Both the position numbers and the translations under genes were made by a program. This document shows, one piece after another, positions 6,530-13,294 of a stretch of DNA of 35,436 nucleotides; the stretch's first letter is position 1, and the number at the start of each line of letters is the position of its first letter. The stretch is taken from the NCBI GenBank assembly GCA_041581335.1, contig JBFIDG010000002.1, forward strand, positions 1-35,436, in the 5' to 3' direction. Source of the stretch: Thermoplasmatota archaeon (GTDB lineage Archaea > Thermoplasmatota > E2 > JACPAO01 > JAHFTW01). The notes under the pieces were generated by a model that searched no databases, had not been told where the DNA came from, and saw only the letters and a list, made by a program, of their open reading frames with translations.

Positions 6530-8263
6530 TCAGTAGTCCGGCTTGGCAGGGCTGGGATCGTAGATCCGGTCGACCGGGTCGCAGCCGGTGCCACTGACGT
6601 CGCGGCTGTCGAAGGTGAACTCGGACTCCTCGAGGAAGTAGTCGGCCATGATCCCGACGATGGCGGTGCCCGTGCCTCCGGTGCCTTGCAGGCGGACCGT
6701 GAAGTCACCGGGTTGCCAGGCGATACCATAGTTGGGTGCCGTGGGGTTGAACGGATCCTTGCGGGGGTCGGCCTTGAACGTGAACTGGTTGTTGACCAGC
6801 GGGGCGTTCTCGACGATGACGCGGCCATCGCCGTCGAGGATATCGACGGTGAGGGACTCCTGCGGGTGGGCCAGCTGCGGGCGCCATTGCAGGTCGACCT
6901 GCATGCTGCGCACGGCGCAGGGCAGACTGATGTTGAACTGGGTGCCGGCATCGACGGCGCCGAGGGTCAGCGGACTGGCGCTGCCCTGGACATCGATCTC
7001 ACGGTTGACGACCACGTCACCCGGGATGGCGAGGGGGCGGACGTAGGGCAGACCACCGAACAGTTCGGCCTTGAAGGGGCGCATGTCGCCGCCTTGGGCA
7101 TCCAGGACGTCCTTGTAGACGATCATGGTGTGGGCGCCGCCCGGGGCCTGTCCGCTGTTGGTAACGTGGTTGTCCACATGGGTGTGGGCGACCCAGATGC
7201 CGGGCTGCGTCATGTCGATGACGAAGTCGTAGCGCTGCGCCGGGCCGATCGTCAGGGTGTCGACGTAGTAGCGGGCGTTGGGGTGGAGCGGGTTGCCGTC
7301 GATGTGGGTGACGTACATGTCGTGGCCGTGGGTGTGGAACGTCTCGACGGTCTCGCCGGCGTTCAGCAACCTCACCCTCACACGATCACCTTCGTTCACC
7401 ACCATCGTGGTGTCCACCATGTCCTCCATGGTGTTGGGGATGCTGCGACCGTTGAGCATCCAGGTGTCTGGCTCTAGGTCCACGGAGGGGTTCTGGCAGT
7501 TCTGCATGCCGCTCATGCCGCAGCCACCGTGCTTGTGGTTGATGTGGGGGTCGGCGACGGTGATCTCGGTGATCTGGACGAACTCGCGCTTCAGCGTGCT
7601 GAAGATGAGCTTGTACTCGGCGTCGATGTCCTTGGGCTCCCAGCGCTGGTCCTGGGGTTCGACGATGAACATGCCGAACAGGCCCTGCATGACGTGGAAC
7701 TGGGTGTCCACGTGGCAGTGGTACCAGAGGGTGCCTGCGCGGCTGGCGACGAACTCGTAGTTGAACGTCTCGCCGGTGCAGGTGCTGTCCTGGTTGACGC
7801 CGGGGACCCCGTCGTCGTCCCAGGGGACGTATTGGCCGTGCCAGTGGATGGTGTGGCAGTGGAAGTGCTGGTTGGCGAAGTCGACCTTGACGAGGTCGCC
7901 TTGTTGGACGCGCAGGGTGGGGGCCGGGACACTACACTTGCCGTTGAGCGACTTGGACAGGTCGGAATCAGGGGCGTTGATGCCGTCGGACTCGATGGGG
8001 TTCCAGTACTCGATGGCGTCCTCAGAGTACTTGTCGCCCGGGGTGGCGGCCTCCATGCAGAAGGCCCACATGTTGGCCATGAAGCCGGGGAAGATCTCGT
8101 GGAACGTCCAGTCGGCGACGCTGGCCTTCAGGTGGACGGTCTTGCCCGTGGGTTCAAAATCCTCACCGGGGACGAAGTCAAAGCCGCCGGTGGCGGGGTT
8201 GAAGCCGAAGCAGCCGGACAGGCCGACGGTCAGGAGCAGGAATGTGGCCAAGAGCCATCGCAT
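6530..8263 (-). CDS. exported multicopper oxidase lipoprotein, two-cupredoxin-domain type, with a C-terminal extension
   Basis: Copper-ligand blocks are HCHTIHWHG, GTLWYHCHVDTQFHVMQGLFG, FHTHGHD and WVAHTHVDNH. The signal and lipobox are MRWLLATFLLLTVGLSGC. The track start at 8320 is a TTG. ATG 8263 gives a canonical signal peptide and sits 25-29 nt downstream of a promoter-like box. Confidence 0.85.
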   Translation of the reverse strand: MRWLLATFLLLTVGLSGCFGFNPATGGFDFVPGEDFEPTGKTVHLKASVADWTFHEIFPGFMANMWAFCMEAATPGDKYSEDAIEYWNPIESDGINAPDSDLSKSLNGKCSVPAPTLRVQQGDLVKVDFANQHFHCHTIHWHGQYVPWDDDGVPGVNQDSTCTGETFNYEFVASRAGTLWYHCHVDTQFHVMQGLFGMFIVEPQDQRWEPKDIDAEYKLIFSTLKREFVQITEITVADPHINHKHGGCGMSGMQNCQNPSVDLEPDTWMLNGRSIPNTMEDMVDTTMVVNEGDRVRVRLLNAGETVETFHTHGHDMYVTHIDGNPLHPNARYYVDTLTIGPAQRYDFVIDMTQPGIWVAHTHVDNHVTNSGQAPGGAHTMIVYKDVLDAQGGDMRPFKAELFGGLPYVRPLAIPGDVVVNREIDVQGSASPLTLGAVDAGTQFNISLPCAVRSMQVDLQWRPQLAHPQESLTVDILDGDGRVIVENAPLVNNQFTFKADPRKDPFNPTAPNYGIAWQPGDFTVRLQGTGGTGTAIVGIMADYFLEESEFTFDSRDVSGTGCDPVDRIYDPSPAKPDY

Positions 8264-8288
8264 ATACCGCCAGTTGGAGAAGGAAGGC

Positions 8289-8303
8289 AAAAGGGTTGTG
8301 GAC
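8289..8303 (-). promoter_or_regulatory. promoter-like box GTCCACAACCCTTTT (sense strand), with TTTTG at -29..-25 of ATG 8263
   Basis: The same CCACAA-N3/4-TTWWG arrangement occurs at the same distance upstream of the genes starting at 9490 and 11433. The spacing fits an archaeal BRE/TATA for a leaderless mRNA. Confidence 0.45.
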
Positions 8304-8332
8304 TCGTCGGGCAAGCCCAAGGGCCTGCTAGA

Positions 8333-9490
8333 CTAAGCGTGGGGGGCTTCGAACAGCACGGCCGGGTCGGTCACGTACGTGTACGTGATGTCCAGGTCGT
8401 AGCTGACGTTGGCACCCGAGCGTAGGTAGACCCAAGCGGTGTAGGAGCCCTGCGTCAGGTAGCCAGCACCCTTGTCCAGGGGCTCGGCGGTGGGGCCGTG
8501 CTTGCTGGAGGTGCCCTTGAGGATCTGGAACTGCAGGTCCGCGGCAGGCCCGGCGGCGCCGCCGTCGCTGCTCAGCGTCGCCTTGACATCGAGGATCGGG
8601 AACTCGATGACGAAGTCGTGGCTGCGCATGTGCTCGGTCTGTTCGAGTTGGCGGGCGGCCTCATCGGCGGCCTCGGGGGCACCATACTGGATGGTGTCGC
8701 TGAACTTGTGCGTGACCGGCTCGGTGATGCGGGCGAAGTCCGTGACGTAGAGGGTCGCGGTCGAGGCCACGTTGGGGTTGGCCGGGTCCTTGGCGGCGAG
8801 GGTGATCTCGTAGATGCCCTTCGTGGCGAAGGCGCCTCGGATGCCGGTCTCTTGGCTGAAGCCGCCGGTGCCGATGTTCTCGCACAGGTCGCCGGTGACG
8901 GTGCGGTCGGCGGCGGGGACGTCGGTGCCGTTCATGACCTGGACGGGGAACGCGGCAGCGGAGCCGGAGCCGAAGGCGACGCCGGGAGGCGGCGGGTGAC
9001 CGCCTTCGGTGGAGATGACGATGTCGCTCTTGCGCTGGCAGAACCACTGCAGGAGCAGCGGGTCGTTCTCGGCGTCGGTGGAGCCGGCGGCGCTGAGGGT
9101 GACCTCTTCGCCGACCTGTACCCAGTTGTTCTCGAGCTCCAGCAGGAAACTGGGTGCAGAGTTCTGGCCGGTGCCGAACTCGATGTTCAGCGGGGCGTGG
9201 ATGGTGGATTCGCCGCCCTTGACGGTGGTGAGCTCGACGCGGAACTTGCCATCGGAGACTCCGTAGATGTGCTCGATGGATTTCGTGGTGAGCATGGGGC
9301 GGCCGTCGCCCATCTTCCACTTGTATTCGTCAGCGGTGACGGTCGCTTCGAGGCGGACGGCTTCGGTCTTGGGATCCGCGGGCATGCCGAGGATCTTGAT
9401 GGCACCGTCTGCCGTGTCGGTCGGTTCTGTGCATCCAGCCAGCGTCACGGCGATCAGGCTGACCACCAGGAACAGGGCACGGGACTCCAT
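8333..9490 (-). CDS. exported lipoprotein with PKD-like domains
   Basis: The signal and lipobox are MESRALFLVVSLIAVTLAGC. The PKD-like signatures are KWKMGDGRPMLTTKSIEHIYGVSDGKFRVELTTV and LSAAGSTDAENDPLLLQWF. Confidence 0.7.
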   Translation of the reverse strand: MESRALFLVVSLIAVTLAGCTEPTDTADGAIKILGMPADPKTEAVRLEATVTADEYKWKMGDGRPMLTTKSIEHIYGVSDGKFRVELTTVKGGESTIHAPLNIEFGTGQNSAPSFLLELENNWVQVGEEVTLSAAGSTDAENDPLLLQWFCQRKSDIVISTEGGHPPPPGVAFGSGSAAAFPVQVMNGTDVPAADRTVTGDLCENIGTGGFSQETGIRGAFATKGIYEITLAAKDPANPNVASTATLYVTDFARITEPVTHKFSDTIQYGAPEAADEAARQLEQTEHMRSHDFVIEFPILDVKATLSSDGGAAGPAADLQFQILKGTSSKHGPTAEPLDKGAGYLTQGSYTAWVYLRSGANVSYDLDITYTYVTDPAVLFEAPHA

Positions 9491-9514
9491 GGCCGCTGGT
9501 TGTTGGCCATCGGC

Positions 9515-9529
9515 TTAAGGGTTGTGGAC
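9515..9529 (-). promoter_or_regulatory. promoter-like box GTCCACAACCCTTAA (sense strand), with TTAAG at -28..-24 of ATG 9490
   Basis: The 13-mer GTCCACAACCCTT is identical to the one upstream of the multicopper oxidase gene. Confidence 0.45.
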
Positions 9530-9603
9530 CCAGCCGCATACATTCCCGGGCCTCGGGAGGAGCGCTCCGATTCCTTCTTACACGCGCGCAGACTCGACGG
9601 CGT

Positions 9604-10488
9604 GTGCGCGTTGTGTTCGTCGGCAAGAACCGTGTCGTGTGGCAACGCGTCCTTCTCTACGTCGTGACGTTCGGCATCACCCGACGCGTCTGGCTGTACC
9701 GGCTCAACAAGGAGATCGACGGGCACGCGGCGCTTGGGATCAACCACCGCCTCAACGTCGCCCTCCTCGTCCTGCCCGTCATCGGGCCATTCATTGTCCA
9801 GTGCCGGACGACGAAGCACCTCAACAACGACCTGCACGCGGACGAGCCGTTGGCGTACGGCCCGACCTGGGCACTCTGCCTGGCCGGTCTCGTGCCGATC
9901 ATCGGCAATGGGTTCTATATCGGCTGGACCCAGGACCGGATGAACAAATACTGGCAACTGCAGCGATCCAATCAGGCCCACGGCATCGACATCGACGTCG
10001 GCCTGGAGAAGGACAAGACGTTCCTCATCGAGCTCGAGGCGGCGCGCCTTGAATCGTATGCCGCGGGCAGCCGCTTCGACCGCAAGCAGCGCAAGCGGGA
10101 AGAGCGCTGGCATGCGCGCGTCCAATCCTTGGAGGCGGTGCGTGGCGAGCGGGAGCAGGTCCGCGCCCTCGGAGGCTCCACCCCGGTCCTGCCGTGGAAA
10201 CGCCCGCACCAGCCGCCGACGACCATCCTGAAGGTCACCTGTGGCCAGTGCTCCACGGCGTTCGACGTCGAGCAGGACCCCTACCACGAGACCCACATCG
10301 TGTGCCCGAAGTGCGAGCTTCGGGAGACCTTGCCTGCCGTGTACGGCGGCGGTGGCATCACGGAGCGCGTCTTGACGGTCGATTGCCCGCAGTGCCAGGC
10401 GTCGTTCAAGACGAAGGCCCCGGAGGACGGCCCCGTCGACATCGTCTGCCCAGAGTGTGGTCTGGAAGAGACCCTCGAGATCGCCTAG
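9604..10488 (+). CDS. membrane protein: DUF4234-like N-terminal domain fused to two tandem zinc ribbons
   Basis: The N-terminus VLLYVVTFGITRRVWLYRLNKEI plus two further hydrophobic spans resembles DUF4234. The C-terminus holds two repeats, KVTCGQCSTAFDV...IVCPKCELRETL and TVDCPQCQASFKT...IVCPECGLEETL. GTG start. Confidence 0.65.
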   Translation: MRVVFVGKNRVVWQRVLLYVVTFGITRRVWLYRLNKEIDGHAALGINHRLNVALLVLPVIGPFIVQCRTTKHLNNDLHADEPLAYGPTWALCLAGLVPIIGNGFYIGWTQDRMNKYWQLQRSNQAHGIDIDVGLEKDKTFLIELEAARLESYAAGSRFDRKQRKREERWHARVQSLEAVRGEREQVRALGGSTPVLPWKRPHQPPTTILKVTCGQCSTAFDVEQDPYHETHIVCPKCELRETLPAVYGGGGITERVLTVDCPQCQASFKTKAPEDGPVDIVCPECGLEETLEIA

Positions 10489-10653
10489 GCACGGGTTCGG
10501 CCCCCCCGATCTTCCCGATACCTGGGCGGTAGCGCCGAAGGCGGCGACCCCGGGATCGGCGCCGGCCACGCCGCAACGAGGATGCGACCTCGATCAGCGG
10601 CCAGCTGGCGGTCCGCCCGGCATGCAACACACCTCGGCCCAGCCACCCACGGT

Positions 10654-11433
10654 TCAGAAGTGCCGGCGCCCTGCGATGATGAAGGCGAGGGCCAGCCCCG
10701 TGGGGAAGGCCAGCAGGATTCCGGCGATGGGGACCACGAAGACGAGCAACAGGGCAGGCACGACGGCGACGACCCCTGCCGCGACGGCGAGACCCCATGC
10801 CTTCAGGCGCAGGCCCATGATGCCGCCCAGCGTCACGAAGGCCGCGAAGAACGCCAGGAAGGCGGCGATGATGCGGGTGGCCGGGACCTGGTCCACGGCG
10901 ACCCATGCAGGCGGCGACGCCGTGTCGACGGTGGCCGTGACCGTCTGGCCGGCGGGCGCATAGAACGACACCGTGACGTTGCTGCCTTGGAGCGTAGCGT
11001 TGCCGAAGGCGACCGCGGAGGACGTCAGGTTGGACCAGCCCCCGACCAGGGTGACGTTGGCCAATGCCTGGCCGTTGGCCCCGGCAAAGGTGACGTTGCC
11101 CGCCGCGGGGGACCCGTCGGTGAGCCAGCGGATGTGCAGGTCGCCGCCGGGTTGGTCACGCAGCAGTTCGACGCCGGTGAAGGCTTCCAGTTGCTCGTCG
11201 TCGAGCTCGGCTGGCGAGACGACGGACCATCCGGCCTGGACCAGGGCGAAGGCCCCCAGCACGGCGAGGATGATGCCACCCATCTGGGCGCGGCGTCGGC
11301 GCGGGTCATGGCGACCTGGCTTGAAGGCGCCTGCGTCGATGGCCTTGCGGGACGCGTTGCCGCAGCGCGGGCAGAATGCGTTGCTCTGCGAATCGTAGCG
11401 ATTCCCACATTCTCCGCAGTCTACCTCTTCCAC
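10654..11433 (-). CDS. membrane protein with an N-terminal zinc ribbon and a C-terminal multi-span region
   Basis: Only the 3' third of track ORF 10654..12552 is credible; the rest is antisense to the EF-Tu-like gene. The GTG at 11433 gives (M)EEVDCGECGNRYDSQSNAFCPRCGN, then a TM span, an exposed domain with N-x-T/S sequons, and three or four TM spans. A promoter-like box lies 23-27 nt upstream. Confidence 0.6.
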   Translation of the reverse strand: MEEVDCGECGNRYDSQSNAFCPRCGNASRKAIDAGAFKPGRHDPRRRRAQMGGIILAVLGAFALVQAGWSVVSPAELDDEQLEAFTGVELLRDQPGGDLHIRWLTDGSPAAGNVTFAGANGQALANVTLVGGWSNLTSSAVAFGNATLQGSNVTVSFYAPAGQTVTATVDTASPPAWVAVDQVPATRIIAAFLAFFAAFVTLGGIMGLRLKAWGLAVAAGVVAVVPALLLVFVVPIAGILLAFPTGLALAFIIAGRRHF

Positions 11434-11456
11434 AGCGGGCCGACATCGAGGGGCTC

Positions 11457-11471
11457 CTAAGCGCTTGTGGC
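11457..11471 (-). promoter_or_regulatory. promoter-like box GCCACAAGCGCTTAG (sense strand), with TTAGG at -27..-23 of GTG 11433
   Basis: Third instance of CCACAA-N3/4-TTWWG at a leaderless-promoter distance. Confidence 0.4.
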
Positions 11472-11520
11472 ATCGGCTGGCGCCGTCGGCGCTATGTATC
11501 GCCTCCATCTCGGCGGATGC

Positions 11521-12480
11521 ATGCCCGGTGTGACCGCCTGTCTGCTCGGAGACCTTGAAGCCCGCCGCGAGGTCGGCAAAGTGGGGACCCAGAGCGACAT
11601 CCACCTCCATGATTACAAGGAGGCTGGACGCGACGTCACCACCATCGTGCCGGCCCGCTACCCCGACCAGCTCAAGTGCCTCAGCTACGCGGTCAACGGC
11701 GCCGAAGCAGCGGTCTTGGTCGTCTCGGCGCTCAACGCCCAGGTCGGCGAGCAGATCCTCGCCGCGGACGCCGCCGGCATCAAGCACGGCATCATCGTGC
11801 TGACCAACTACATCCAGCCCGACCAGCTGAAGCCGCTCCTGAAAGGCACCACGCTCGAGTCCTGGCCGATGCAGACCGAGGCCGACTGGCCCGCCGTCCG
11901 GGCCCACATCGCCGCGGCCCCTGAACAGGTCGTGGAGGGCCCCGTCGTGGTGCCCGTGGACCACCACTTCGACGTCAAGGGCGTCGGCGCGGTCATCCTT
12001 GGCGTCGTCCAGCAAGGGACCCTGAAGAAGGGCGAGACGCTGTACGCTTGGCCGGACAAGGTCATCTGCCCGGTCCGCAGCATCCAGTGCCACGACGTCG
12101 ACGTCCCCACCGCCGTGACGGGCGACCGCGTGGGCCTTGCCCTGCGCAACACCAAGGCCGAGCAGCTCGACCGTGGCATGGTCCTGGCGCCGGCGGATGC
12201 GCCCCTGCACGCGTACAAGTCGGGTGACAAGATCTCTTTCACACTTCACCGCACCAAGTTCAGCAAGGCGCCCCTCGCCGCCGGTAGTGTGCTGCACCTT
12301 GGATTGGGCATGCAGTTCGTGCCGGTCCGCATCGCCGAGGACGCCCCTGGCGCCGGCCAAGAAGGCGTCGTCAAGGCCACCCTCGAGAAGGGCCTCGTGG
12401 TCGCCGATGGCCAGCGCGGCGTCCTTTGGTTCGTGGACGGGGCGCCGCAGCGGGTCGTAGGCTCGGCAAGCTTCGCTTGA
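11521..12480 (+). CDS. EF-Tu/SelB-like three-domain protein with degenerate GTPase motifs
   Basis: VVPVDHHFDVKGVGAVILGVVQQGTLKKGETLYAWPDKVICPVRSIQCHDVDVPTAVTGDRVGLALRN...RGMVL is a clear EF-Tu domain II beta barrel. The preceding 150 aa or so are G-domain-like in length and pattern. They lack GxxxxGK[ST] (LLGDLEARREVG instead), DxxG and NKxD (TNYIQPD instead). Confidence 0.75.
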   Translation: MPGVTACLLGDLEARREVGKVGTQSDIHLHDYKEAGRDVTTIVPARYPDQLKCLSYAVNGAEAAVLVVSALNAQVGEQILAADAAGIKHGIIVLTNYIQPDQLKPLLKGTTLESWPMQTEADWPAVRAHIAAAPEQVVEGPVVVPVDHHFDVKGVGAVILGVVQQGTLKKGETLYAWPDKVICPVRSIQCHDVDVPTAVTGDRVGLALRNTKAEQLDRGMVLAPADAPLHAYKSGDKISFTLHRTKFSKAPLAAGSVLHLGLGMQFVPVRIAEDAPGAGQEGVVKATLEKGLVVADGQRGVLWFVDGAPQRVVGSASFA

Positions 12481-12575
12481 CGAGGCAAGAGCCGCTGTCG
12501 CGCCGACTCGGGCCGTAGGATCCACCACGTTCTGCGACCCCAGCGCTTTCATCGGACCAGCATGTGCTGCGCCCC

Positions 12576-13265
12576 ATGTGCGGCCGCATCGTCTGGCGTT
12601 TCGATCCGGTGCTGCAACAATGGATGAAGTCGTGGCTTGAGGACGAGGAAGCCTACGCCGCGGCGCTCAAGGAGCCAGCGGTCGCAGAAGACCGCTTCAA
12701 CATCAATCCCGGCAGCACGATCCCGGTCGCCCGCGTCGCCGGCGGCAAGCACATCGTCGAGACGCGCAAATGGGCGTTCCCGATGGATGGCCGCTACATC
12801 TTCAACACCCGCATCGAGACCGCGTTCTCGTCGCCCATGTGGCGCAAGCCGATCACCCAAGGACGCTGCCTCGTCCCGGTGACGGGGTTCTACGAATGGC
12901 GACGCCAGGGCAAGGCGAAGGCGCCGTTCTTCGTGCACCGAGCCGATGGGACACCCATGATCCTCGCCGGCGTCTCGGGCTGGCGCGAACATCGCGGCGA
13001 AGAGACGCCCTGCGTGTCGGTCGTCACCACGGAGCCCGCCGGCGTCATGGCGCGCCTGCATGACCGGATGCCCGTCGTCTTGGCGCCCGAAGCGCAGGCC
13101 GCCTGGGCCGCCGCAGACACGCCGCCAGAGGTCCTGCGGGCGCTGGCCCAGCCGGGTGCGGACGTATTGGACGCCTACCCGGTCTCAAGCCGCGTCAACG
13201 ACCAGAGCCACGAAGGCGCCGACCTGGTGCGACCCGTGCCGACCCTGGGCGACCCGCTCGCATAG
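12576..13265 (+). CDS. SRAP (SOS-response-associated peptidase, YedK/HMCES-like) protein
   Basis: It starts MCGR, with the catalytic Cys2. The blocks FNINPGS, TRKWAFP, IFNTRIET, RCLVPVTGFYEW and MPVVL are the family blocks. The track start at 12564 adds four residues that would bury Cys2. Confidence 0.85.
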   Translation: MCGRIVWRFDPVLQQWMKSWLEDEEAYAAALKEPAVAEDRFNINPGSTIPVARVAGGKHIVETRKWAFPMDGRYIFNTRIETAFSSPMWRKPITQGRCLVPVTGFYEWRRQGKAKAPFFVHRADGTPMILAGVSGWREHRGEETPCVSVVTTEPAGVMARLHDRMPVVLAPEAQAAWAAADTPPEVLRALAQPGADVLDAYPVSSRVNDQSHEGADLVRPVPTLGDPLA

Positions 13266-13294
13266 CGCGAAAGGCTCATGGTGCCCCGGCCGCA

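Noticed and set aside
6518-9667. Plus-strand ORFs 6518..7477, 7529..8425 and 8498..9667
   Set aside because: They are antisense to the multicopper oxidase and PKD lipoprotein genes. Their translations are G/V/D/A-rich low complexity. The copper-ligand motifs and lipoboxes are on the minus strand.
9454-10569. 371-aa minus-strand ORF
   Set aside because: It is antisense to the DUF4234/zinc-ribbon gene (9604..10488) and its translation is R/L/A/D-rich with no motifs. The plus-strand frame has TM segments and a clean internal zinc-ribbon duplication.
10654-12552. 632-aa minus-strand ORF, the third longest in the track
   Set aside because: Only its 3' third (10654..11433) reads like a real protein, with a zinc ribbon and TM spans. 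The upstream two thirds are antisense to the well-supported EF-Tu-like gene (11521..12480). Their A/G/R/D-rich composition is typical of high-GC antisense frames.
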